13,373 nt of DNA from Promethearchaeota archaeon. GTDB lineage: Archaea; Asgardarchaeota; Lokiarchaeia; Sigyniarchaeales; SOKP01. The notes beneath the pieces are model-generated. The model worked only from the letters and a program-made list of their open reading frames with translations. It was not told the origin of the DNA and searched no databases. The stretch is taken from the NCBI GenBank assembly GCA_016926735.1, contig JAFGOA010000015.1, positions 1 through 13,373 of the forward strand. Reading direction: 5' to 3'. A program made the translations under genes and the position numbers. Below, in pieces: positions 1 to 7,645 of this stretch (position 1 is the stretch's first letter; the number at the start of each line of letters is the position of its first letter).

Positions 1-2
1 CA

Positions 3-263
3 ATGAAGAATTGTTTAAATTCAAAAAAAAAAAAAAAGAGATTTTCTACAAAATTAATATTTTTTGCTCCTAAAGAACTAAGCTCTAATTCAATCAAAAA
101 AATAAACAAAATAAAACATATTCATGATAAAACTGAACCTCATAAATCAATAAATAAACACGAACCAGTTTGTTCTATTTTAACTAAAAGCAATAATTTT
201 ACAAAATCTTACCAAAAGGCTATGAAAATAGTAAAAAAAATCAATAATATAATTATTTTCTAG
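3..263 (+). CDS. C-terminal fragment of a probable ATP-grasp domain protein (COG2232-like), truncated by the window edge
   Basis: KLIFFAP...IHDKTEPHKSINKHEPVCSILT...AMKIVKKI resembles the K-I-[LY]-AP...D-P--G--I--GEP-C-[TV] C-terminus of archaeal COG2232 ATP-grasp proteins (recognised from memory). The Met at 3 is probably internal. Its stop overlaps the convergent Roadblock gene by 11 nt. Confidence 0.55.
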   Translation: MKNCLNSKKKKKRFSTKLIFFAPKELSSNSIKKINKIKHIHDKTEPHKSINKHEPVCSILTKSNNFTKSYQKAMKIVKKINNIIIF

Positions 264-1014
264 TTAAATCTTTATCTAAAATAGTTTTAATCTCAGCTAT
301 ATAAGCACCAAGCTTTTTTTCGTCTGATTCAGGTACTGCGACACATAATACTCTTGTTTCATCAAGTTCATGAACGATTATCGAACCATTTTCTCCTCCA
401 ATAATAGAATATTCTAGATCGCTATTTTCTAATATAACACCTGATAATTTATAAAAAGCAGCTAAAAGTGCTGAAAGCATAGGTTCTGCCATTGTAGATT
501 GAACTTTAACAGGTAAACCATCTTTTGTTATAATTGCAGTAACTAAAGCATTTGGAATAGCTCTTTTTAATCCCACAAATACTTCTTCTTTTATAATTTC
601 GGAAGTTTCTACAATTGCAGAAATTTTCAAAGCAAATTCTTTTAATTTTGAGATATATTTATTTACTCCTTCTAATTCTGCTAATTCCCTATTTAAAAAA
701 GCAATTAAAGTAATATTATTTGTGATAATTGAAAGAATAATTCTTAATTTTCCAGTAATTAAATCATATGAAATATCCTGATTAAGGGAATTTTTTAATA
801 ATTTAGAAGAGAGGAAAAGGATACTACTATTTGCTGCTGCTATTTCATGATCTTTCATTTTTATTTGCTTTTTAAAATTACTCGCAATAAATGTTCCTCC
901 ATGTGTTCCAATTGCTATTCCTAATAATGCATGGTATTCTTCTAATTGTTTTTCAATCAGTCCAATAAGATCTTTACTTACTTTTTTTATTTTATCCTCT
1001 AAATTATCACTCAT
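253..1014 (-). CDS. Tandem (double) Roadblock/LC7 domain protein (MglB/LAMTOR-like)
   Basis: Two ~120-aa Roadblock-like units: LLGIAIGTHGGTFIASN...EIAAANSSILFLS and LVTAIITKDGLPVK...MLSALLAAFYKLS...YSIIGGENGSIIVHEL...VLCVAV...KLG. AGGT lies just upstream of the ATG on the minus strand. Confidence 0.85.
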   Translation of the reverse strand: MSDNLEDKIKKVSKDLIGLIEKQLEEYHALLGIAIGTHGGTFIASNFKKQIKMKDHEIAAANSSILFLSSKLLKNSLNQDISYDLITGKLRIILSIITNNITLIAFLNRELAELEGVNKYISKLKEFALKISAIVETSEIIKEEVFVGLKRAIPNALVTAIITKDGLPVKVQSTMAEPMLSALLAAFYKLSGVILENSDLEYSIIGGENGSIIVHELDETRVLCVAVPESDEKKLGAYIAEIKTILDKDLTRK

Positions 1015-1107
1015 AAATACCTAATATAAAGAAATCTTTTTAACTGTATCGAAAATTCTATCTTCTTAATTCTAGCTTATGATTAGGTAAAGATCGTTTT
1101 TTTGAAA

Positions 1108-1179
1108 TTTATCAACTGATATCATCCTTAAAACAATTATAGTTATTCGAAAATAGGATCTTATTTTATCAACCGATAT
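1108..1179. promoter_or_regulatory. Pair of 15-bp direct repeats TTTATCAAC[T/C]GATAT (1108-1122, 1165-1179), putative operator sites
   Basis: 14/15 identity, 57 bp apart, with an internal ATCA-N2-TGAT dyad, in a divergent intergenic region. Confidence 0.4.
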
Positions 1180-1522
1180 TCTTATAGAAATTGTTCTGGT
1201 TTTTTTATAAATCAATACTCTGTTAATATTAATTTAGATTTGCACGAATAAGGAATCCGTTTTATTCTTCGTAAGAACAAGGGATAGTAGAAAATTGTTG
1301 TATTTTATAATATTTTTAATAATTTTAATACCCTAATATGATAAAAATATAGAATCAATAAAAATTAAGTTATCTTTAATAATGTATATAAAAAAAAAAG
1401 GTTTTTAAATTGTCAGTAATACAATTTTATTAATTTTTAAATTCAAAATGTTATAAAATTTATCTTATTAAATATTTAATTTTGATTTATCAATATAAAT
1501 TTACAACTTAGAGAATGATAAA

Positions 1523-2341
1523 ATGGAAGAACTAAAAAAACAATTACTAATAAAAGAAAAGTTGATAAATACTCTCCAAGAATCATTAAAAATAAAGGAT
1601 GAGCAAATAAATACAGTTAAAGAATCATTAAGACTAAAAGATGAACAGATAAATAACTTAGAAAGTTCTTTAAATCTAAAAGATCAAAAAATAGATACTA
1701 TGCAAAAATCGTTGGAAATTAAAGAACAACAAATGGTGGTAATAGAAAACTCTCTGATTGATAAAAGTATTTTGCAAGAGAAAGAAGAAAAAATAAAAGA
1801 ATTAGAGAATAATATTGATCTGTTAAATGATGAATTAAATAAATCAGATGATGAATTTGAAAAACTTGAAGCTGAAATTGAAAAGATTAAAAACTCATCT
1901 TTAAAATCGTTAGAAAATAAAATAATAGATTTTACATATGTAAATATTTCAAGTGAGGATATTCTTAGTAAAATGAAAGAAATCTTAGCAGATTCTGTTC
2001 ATAATGTTATGATCGTAACACCAACAATTCTAGATTTACAGGAACTACAATTATATGAAATACGATCTTCTGTTAGTTTAAAAATATCAACTCTAATTAA
2101 TCCCGGAATTGATGAACATGCTCAATTATTAGAAGAATTTGAAAGTCTAGATAATATTTCAATTAGATTATATGAAGGTCAAGATCGTTTTCTTATATTA
2201 AAAGATGGAGAAGAATTGTTATTTGGAGTCATAGGGGATAAAATTAATAATTTTTTAGTATTTCATACAAAAGATGCAAAACATATTTCACTTTTTAATG
2301 CTCTTGTAATGGAAACATGGTTGAGAAGTAAGAAAATCTAA
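1523..2341 (+). CDS. Coiled-coil protein with a C-terminal PLD-like/TrmB-type domain lacking an intact HKD motif
   Basis: The N-terminal ~130 aa are a heptad coiled coil. The C-terminus (ILSKMKEILADSVHNVMIVTP...NISIRLY..DRFLILKDGEELLFG...ETWLRSKKI) has the PLD-fold pattern. Confidence 0.6.
   Translation: MEELKKQLLIKEKLINTLQESLKIKDEQINTVKESLRLKDEQINNLESSLNLKDQKIDTMQKSLEIKEQQMVVIENSLIDKSILQEKEEKIKELENNIDLLNDELNKSDDEFEKLEAEIEKIKNSSLKSLENKIIDFTYVNISSEDILSKMKEILADSVHNVMIVTPTILDLQELQLYEIRSSVSLKISTLINPGIDEHAQLLEEFESLDNISIRLYEGQDRFLILKDGEELLFGVIGDKINNFLVFHTKDAKHISLFNALVMETWLRSKKI
1544..1753 (+). repeat. Five imperfect 42-bp (14-aa) coding tandem repeats
   Basis: LLIKEKLINTLQES / LKIKDEQINTVKES / LRLKDEQINNLESS / LNLKDQKIDTMQKS / LEIKEQQMVVIENS. 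Confidence 0.85.
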
Positions 2342-2393
2342 TAACTATTCATATTAAAAAAATATTAAATATTATTTAATTATTGGATTTTAT

Positions 2394-3290
2394 ATGAGGA
2401 TTTTTATAACTGGGGGTACCGGATTTATTGGTTCTTATGTTGTACAAGAACTCTATAATCATAACCATGAAATAACAATACTTGCAAGAAATCCAAATAA
2501 AGTACCTAATCTCAAAGCATTAAAAGGAGTACTAATAATAAAAGGAGATCTCTCTGAAAAAAAAATTATTTATGAAAATCTAATAGATAAAGATATTTGT
2601 ATACATGTAGCTCTTGGTTGGGGAAATGAGGCAATGACTATGATGACAAATGATACAGTTCCCTCAATATATATTTTTGAGACTTCTGCTAAGTTAGGTA
2701 TAAAAAAAATGATTTATACATCTTCAACAGCAGCAATAGGTAGATATGATATAAACATTGATTCTAGTACAAAATGTCTACCAAAAGATTTTTATGGAGC
2801 TACAAAAGCTTCAAGTGAAAATTATTTACATGCAATTTCATATCAATATCCTATGTTATGCAATATTATAAGACCGGGATATACATTTGGAAATCCAGTT
2901 GTTAAGGGGGCAAATATGGAATCAGATACTCGATTTAGGAACATTATTGAAAGTGTTAAAAACAATGAAGATATAACACTTATTAAATTTGATGGAACTC
3001 AATTTATTTGGGCAGGTGACCTTGCAAAAATCTACTTGAAACTATTAGAATCTAATTTTAACAGAAAATATTATTTTGGATTAGGATATAAATATATTTC
3101 TTGGGAAGCAATAGCAAAAGAAGCAATTATACAAGCCAAATCATCAAGCAAGATCAATTTAATAGATAAAAATTATAATTCAATACCAAAATTATTTGAT
3201 GTTTCTCCTTTAAAAAAGGATTTTGGATTGGAATTTGATTCTTGGGAAAAAATTAGGGAACATATCAAATTTTTGTTAGATAAGTCTTAA
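2394..3290 (+). CDS. NAD(P)-dependent epimerase/dehydratase (extended SDR)
   Basis: TGGTGFIG Rossmann motif, YTSSTAA, catalytic YGATK, IIRPG. Confidence 0.92.
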   Translation: MRIFITGGTGFIGSYVVQELYNHNHEITILARNPNKVPNLKALKGVLIIKGDLSEKKIIYENLIDKDICIHVALGWGNEAMTMMTNDTVPSIYIFETSAKLGIKKMIYTSSTAAIGRYDINIDSSTKCLPKDFYGATKASSENYLHAISYQYPMLCNIIRPGYTFGNPVVKGANMESDTRFRNIIESVKNNEDITLIKFDGTQFIWAGDLAKIYLKLLESNFNRKYYFGLGYKYISWEAIAKEAIIQAKSSSKINLIDKNYNSIPKLFDVSPLKKDFGLEFDSWEKIREHIKFLLDKS

Positions 3291-3294
3291 TATT

Positions 3295-4014
3295 TTAAAA
3301 AAAAAGACACATATCTTTAATACATTTATCATTTTTAATAGAAAAACTGCATTTTTTATGTTTAAAGGGTAAATCTATTTCAAACTTCTCTTTTAGAAAA
3401 GTAATTGCTTCAGAAATTGATATTTTTACTGATCTTTTACAACAATGTTCAAAATTATCTGCTATTTTTGCTAAAGAACAAGAAGTCACTTCATTTGCTA
3501 AACTTCGAGGTATAGCTTTTGACGGTGTAGCTTCTGTAAAGATACTTATAGCAACTCCAGAACCCATAGCTGCTCCACATGATCCATAGAATCCACACCA
3601 TCCTCCTGGGATTTTAGAACTACGGTTTATAGCTTCTTTAATATCATCATATGTAATCTCTTTATCATTTGGTTTTTTTATTCCATTATTTTTTAAAAAA
3701 GTAAGCAGAATAGCAGAAGTTAAAATATGATGTTCAGGACCATACATCTTGAATTTAGGATGGTTCATAACTATTTCAACCATTTTAAATGGGTTTTTTA
3801 GTTTGGTTGATTCACAAAATTCTTTTATTATTTTTTGTGGTTCTTTAGAGTGACATTCATTACAAATATAATGTCCATTTGGACAGTATATATTTGTATT
3901 GAATTCATTTCTGCATAAATTGCATAAGATATTTTTATAATCATTTTGATTAGTAGAATAGAATAAGTCTAATCCACAAATCTCACATTTATCTTGTTTT
4001 GACATAGGTATCAT
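3295..4014 (-). CDS. DUF5714-family Cys-rich protein (N-terminal metal-binding CxxC motifs plus C-GCAxxG-C-C-like domain)
   Basis: CEIC, CNLC, CPNGHYICNECH, GPEHH, GGWCGFYGSCGAAMGSG, CCKRS and a C-terminal Cys cluster. The start may be the second Met (4005). Confidence 0.8.
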   Translation of the reverse strand: MIPMSKQDKCEICGLDLFYSTNQNDYKNILCNLCRNEFNTNIYCPNGHYICNECHSKEPQKIIKEFCESTKLKNPFKMVEIVMNHPKFKMYGPEHHILTSAILLTFLKNNGIKKPNDKEITYDDIKEAINRSSKIPGGWCGFYGSCGAAMGSGVAISIFTEATPSKAIPRSLANEVTSCSLAKIADNFEHCCKRSVKISISEAITFLKEKFEIDLPFKHKKCSFSIKNDKCIKDMCLFF

Positions 4015-4026
4015 TAAATATATTAA

Positions 4027-4881
4027 TCAATTTATATCTACAAAGGAACGCTTTCCTTTTTCATAATGAGCTAATTGAGAAAAGCCAATTTTTTTAAGAG
4101 TTTTCAAAATTTCTTCAAACATATGAGCAATTTCATCAGGTTTATGTGCATCAGAACCTAATAAAATGGGAATATCAAGTTCATATATTTTATCAATAAT
4201 TTCAAAACTAGGATATTGTTCTTTTACTTCTTTTCTGAAACCTCCAGTATTAATTTCTATAGTGAGATTTCTATTTTTTATATTTTCCAAGACTTGTATT
4301 ACTTTTTCCATAATTATTTTTGGGTTTTCAGGAAAATAATTAAATTTTTTAACTAGATCTAAATGAGAAACAATGTTATAATTAAATTCTAGATTAGATA
4401 TCATTTCTATTTGAGTTTTATAATATTGTTCATATACTTCATCAATAGAGTTATAGGATATTTTATATTCTTCTTTTAATAAAGGATCATCAATAGTCCA
4501 TAAACCCTTCATTGAAGGTAATATATGAATTGATCCTAAAAGATAATCTAATTTATTTTTAAATTTTTCAATATGTTTATTTAGTTTGATATACTGATTT
4601 TGAATGTAGTCTATTTCAAAAGCAGTTCTTATATTGATTTTATCTCTGTATTTCATTTTTAAATCATCTATTGTTTCCAAATATTTTTCAACTTGAACCA
4701 TTGTCATAGCATATCCTTGATAAGGAATCTTTTCAAAATTGCTATAAAATTCATAAGGAAAATGATCGCTTATTCCTAAAGTTTCTATTCCCATTTTTAT
4801 AGCATATTGAATATAATCTTCAATAATTCCCTCAGCATGCCCACACATACTATTATGAGTATGCCAATCTTCAAATTTCAT
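4027..4881 (-). CDS. PHP-family histidinol-phosphatase (HisJ/HisK-like)
   Basis: DWHTH, CGHA, ISDHFP, EIDY, GSIH, SHLDLVKK, EINTGG, GSDAH motifs. Confidence 0.9.
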   Translation of the reverse strand: MKFEDWHTHNSMCGHAEGIIEDYIQYAIKMGIETLGISDHFPYEFYSNFEKIPYQGYAMTMVQVEKYLETIDDLKMKYRDKINIRTAFEIDYIQNQYIKLNKHIEKFKNKLDYLLGSIHILPSMKGLWTIDDPLLKEEYKISYNSIDEVYEQYYKTQIEMISNLEFNYNIVSHLDLVKKFNYFPENPKIIMEKVIQVLENIKNRNLTIEINTGGFRKEVKEQYPSFEIIDKIYELDIPILLGSDAHKPDEIAHMFEEILKTLKKIGFSQLAHYEKGKRSFVDIN

Positions 4882-5175
4882 TATAATCTTGAAAATTATA
4901 AAGAATAAATAAAATTATCTGTTAATTATAATAAATTAATCTTAATTAGACACCCTTATTTATTTCTTTTTTATTTTAATAATCAATTTCGAGAAAAACA
5001 CATAAAATGAAAAAAGAATTTGATTTATAATTATTATATCTAATAATATTATATTCATATTAATAAAGAAGAAGGTTCCTATTAGGATTAAATAATAAGA
5101 TTTAAATATGAAATTTGATACTAAAATTCAACAATAGTGTATAGATAATATAAAAAAAAATAATAACAAATGTGT

Positions 5176-5182
5176 AGGAGGT
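5176..5182 (+). promoter_or_regulatory. Shine-Dalgarno site AGGAGGT
   Basis: Perfect SD ending 7 nt before the ATG at 5190, in an otherwise G-poor region. Confidence 0.75.
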
Positions 5183-5189
5183 TATTATA

Positions 5190-5354
5190 ATGAAAGATAA
5201 AAAATTATTTGGTCCTGAAGATGATGATGAAGACTGGGATGATGATGATGATTGGGATGATGATGATGACGATTGGAATGAGGAATATGACGAAAATAAC
5301 GACGGAGATTGGGAAGACATAGATAGCGATGATGATTGGGTTGAAGATGATTAG
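5190..5354 (+). CDS. 54-aa Trp-acidic microprotein (absent from the ORF track)
   Basis: MKDKKLFGPEDDDEDWDDDDDWDDDDDDWNEEYDENNDGDWEDIDSDDDWVEDD*. Strong SD and GC/purine enrichment relative to the flanks. Confidence 0.75.
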   Translation: MKDKKLFGPEDDDEDWDDDDDWDDDDDDWNEEYDENNDGDWEDIDSDDDWVEDD

Positions 5355-5501
5355 AAAAAAAAAAATTAAAAAAGTATTATAATATTGGGATCCATTTTTC
5401 CTTAGTGTTATTTAATTTGATTTTTATAACTATTTTTTTATATAATTTATTTAAAAATATCATAAAGGTTTTAATGTAATATTACCTATTTTTTAAGTGT
5501 T

Positions 5502-5514
5502 AAAAATTTTATAA
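5502..5514 (+). promoter_or_regulatory. Putative archaeal BRE/TATA promoter of aIF1
   Basis: AAAAA-TTTTATAA about 30 nt upstream of the ATT at 5545. Specificity is weak in AT-rich DNA. Confidence 0.4.
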
Positions 5515-5544
5515 GTTAATCAAAAAATACCGTGACATAAAAAA

Positions 5545-5862
5545 ATTACCGAAGATGAAATTTGTCCATTATGCGGGCTCCCGAAATCATTATGTGTTTG
5601 TACTGATCTAAGCGCTGACGAGCAAGAGATTATAATATCCAATGATAGAAGAAAATGGAAAAAAATTGTAACTCTTATTTCTTTTGGTGGAAATACCGAT
5701 GCAGATCTAAAAGATCTTCTGACGAAAGCTAAGAGAAAAATTGGAGCGGGTGGTACCATAAGAGAAAATAGTATTGAACTTATGGGTGATCACCGATTTA
5801 AAATAAAGAAATTTTTAATTGATATGGGGTATGATGAGGATCGAATAAGAATTCAAGAATAA
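5545..5862 (+). CDS. sui1: Translation initiation factor aIF1 (SUI1/eIF1/YciH family), predicted ATT start; absent from the ORF track
   Basis: (I/M)TEDEICPLCGLPKSLCVCTDLSADEQEIIISNDRRKWKKIVTLISFGGNTDADLKDLLTKAKRKIGAGGTIRENSIELMGDHRFKIKKFLIDMGYDEDRIRIQE*. Shows the archaeal CxxCGLPxxLCxC knuckle, basic RRKWKK loop, GGT and IELxGDHR motifs. In-frame TGA upstream at 5533-5535. Confidence 0.95.
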   Translation: MTEDEICPLCGLPKSLCVCTDLSADEQEIIISNDRRKWKKIVTLISFGGNTDADLKDLLTKAKRKIGAGGTIRENSIELMGDHRFKIKKFLIDMGYDEDRIRIQE

Positions 5863-5872
5863 TGGGAGAATA

Positions 5873-5894
5873 TTTTTTTAAAATTTTTTTTTTT
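5873..5894 (+). terminator. Oligo-T tracts, putative archaeal intrinsic terminator of aIF1
   Basis: T7 and T11 runs directly after the stop codon at 5862. Confidence 0.45.
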
Positions 5895-5938
5895 GTTATT
5901 TTTATTTTATAATTTTTATCAAATTTTAGAATCAATTT

Positions 5939-6610
5939 TTAAAGAAAATAATTTGTATTTCTTTTAAGATGTGATTGTATAAATCTTTTTACTTCATCTG
6001 CTGGTGTTATAATTCCATAATGTCCTTCACATAAGAAATCTGCATTAAGATCAATGAGTTTTTTCATAGATTTATAATAATCATTTAGATTAGAATTAAA
6101 CTCTTCTGAAAAGGGCCCATGAATATCTTGACCAAAAAGAATTTTTTTTTGATTTATTTCCAAAAAAATAGAGATAGACCCTGGAGTATGACCTGGAGTA
6201 TGGATACATTTGAGATTTAGATTTCCAAAATTAAGCGTATTAATATCTCCAACAAGTTTTTTATATAATTTTATCGGTTTATATTCAATACCATACCAAG
6301 AAGCTGCTGTTCTATTATTAAACCCTTCTTCTTCTATTGCATTGGCATCTAATTCATGAGCATAAAATTTAATATCAGGATTGAATTCTCTCAATTGAAA
6401 ACATGCATCAATATGATCAATATGACAATGAGTTATAATACAATGTTTGATATACATTGGATCTAAATTTTCCTCTTTTATTGATTTTATTAATTCTAAA
6501 TCCATTCCGCAATCAATTAATATTAAACCATCTTCACTTTTAGAATTAATAATGTAAATATCACACCCGGAGCTTCCAATAAAATAAACATTATCAGTAA
6601 TCTTTTTCAT
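5939..6610 (-). CDS. MBL-fold metallo-hydrolase (glyoxalase II-like)
   Basis: LIDCG, THCHIDH (HxHxDH), HTPGHTPGS, FGQD, EGH. Confidence 0.92.
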   Translation of the reverse strand: MKKITDNVYFIGSSGCDIYIINSKSEDGLILIDCGMDLELIKSIKEENLDPMYIKHCIITHCHIDHIDACFQLREFNPDIKFYAHELDANAIEEEGFNNRTAASWYGIEYKPIKLYKKLVGDINTLNFGNLNLKCIHTPGHTPGSISIFLEINQKKILFGQDIHGPFSEEFNSNLNDYYKSMKKLIDLNADFLCEGHYGIITPADEVKRFIQSHLKRNTNYFL

Positions 6611-6720
6611 AAATTAAAACTTCTATATTAATTTCCTTAAGAAAGATTTTTATTGTAATTAAGTTTTATAATCAAAAAACAATATAATAAATTACTTAAT
6701 TTTAAATTATTTTGATAATA

Positions 6721-7560
6721 ATGGATGATTCTAAGAATATAGTTGATGATTTAAAGAAAAAAGCTTTTTCAGCAAAAATTAAGAATTATTTTAAAAATCT
6801 AGTAGATTTTTCATCTTATAGTAGAAAAACTATAATCTATATTATAATAATGATTATAATTATAGCTATTTCTGCATATTTATTATATATTTTAGTCTTT
6901 GTGGATAGTCAAATTCTATATAGGATAGTTGTAGAATGGTTTGTTAATCCAATATATAGGCTTGGAATTGGTGGTGTATTTCTATTTATTGGGATTATGG
7001 CTCTTCAAGGTTTGCTTATTCCTCTTCCTTCTGAAGTTGTATTATCTGCAGCAGGAATGATTTGGGGGATATTAGTAGGAGGATTAATGGGAATAATAGG
7101 ATCTATGGCAGCAGGGTTATTGTGTTTTTATCTTACAAGAAAGGGAGGGAGACCATTAGCCGAAAAGTTTGTAGGAAAAAATGCTATTGATATCGCAGAT
7201 AAATTTATTCAAAAATATGGAACAAGTGCGATAATAATTGGAAGAGTACTCCCTGTCATACCTTTTGATCTAATAAGCTACACAGGGGGATTAGTTGATA
7301 TTGACACAAAAAAATACACATTAGGTACTTTTATAGGATCTATACCTCGTGCTTTTTTTTATTCTTGGATTGGAGGTACTTTAATAGATGAGGGTTCAAT
7401 CACTTTACCTATTAATTTTAGCACAATGCCAATTGATCTAATAGATAAACAAGCTAATACATTTAATCTAATTCTCTTAATCATTGCTATTGTTTTTATT
7501 GCAATTTTTCTCACATATTATTTTATTGGTCTATACCTAAAGAGGAAATCTTCAAATTAA
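6721..7560 (+). CDS. DedA/TVP38/TMEM64 (VTT domain) membrane protein
   Basis: LIPLPSEVVLSAAGMIWG, GSMAAGLLCFYLTRKGGRP, GRVLPVIPFDLISYTGG, TFIGSIPR. ATG at 6721 is preferred over TTG at 6712. Confidence 0.9.
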   Translation: MDDSKNIVDDLKKKAFSAKIKNYFKNLVDFSSYSRKTIIYIIIMIIIIAISAYLLYILVFVDSQILYRIVVEWFVNPIYRLGIGGVFLFIGIMALQGLLIPLPSEVVLSAAGMIWGILVGGLMGIIGSMAAGLLCFYLTRKGGRPLAEKFVGKNAIDIADKFIQKYGTSAIIIGRVLPVIPFDLISYTGGLVDIDTKKYTLGTFIGSIPRAFFYSWIGGTLIDEGSITLPINFSTMPIDLIDKQANTFNLILLIIAIVFIAIFLTYYFIGLYLKRKSSN

Positions 7561-7645
7561 GATAAAATTTATTCAGATAAATTATTATATTTTTTTTCTT
7601 ATTTTACTATTATATATTCAAATTTAAGGTTCTAAAATAAAAATA

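Noticed and set aside
5102-5320. 72-aa Ser-rich minus-strand ORF from the track
   Set aside because: Antisense shadow of the GAT-rich acidic microprotein, which has the strong SD.
5220-5351. GAT trinucleotide runs as a non-coding microsatellite or CRISPR-like array
   Set aside because: No repeat-spacer structure; explained by Asp codons in an SD-led ORF.
5520-5759. 79-aa minus-strand ORF from the track
   Set aside because: Antisense to the clearly conserved aIF1/SUI1 gene.
5545-5862. aIF1 as a pseudogene that lost its start codon
   Set aside because: Frame is intact and full length with the family motifs preserved, a plausible promoter and a terminator; a non-AUG start is more parsimonious.
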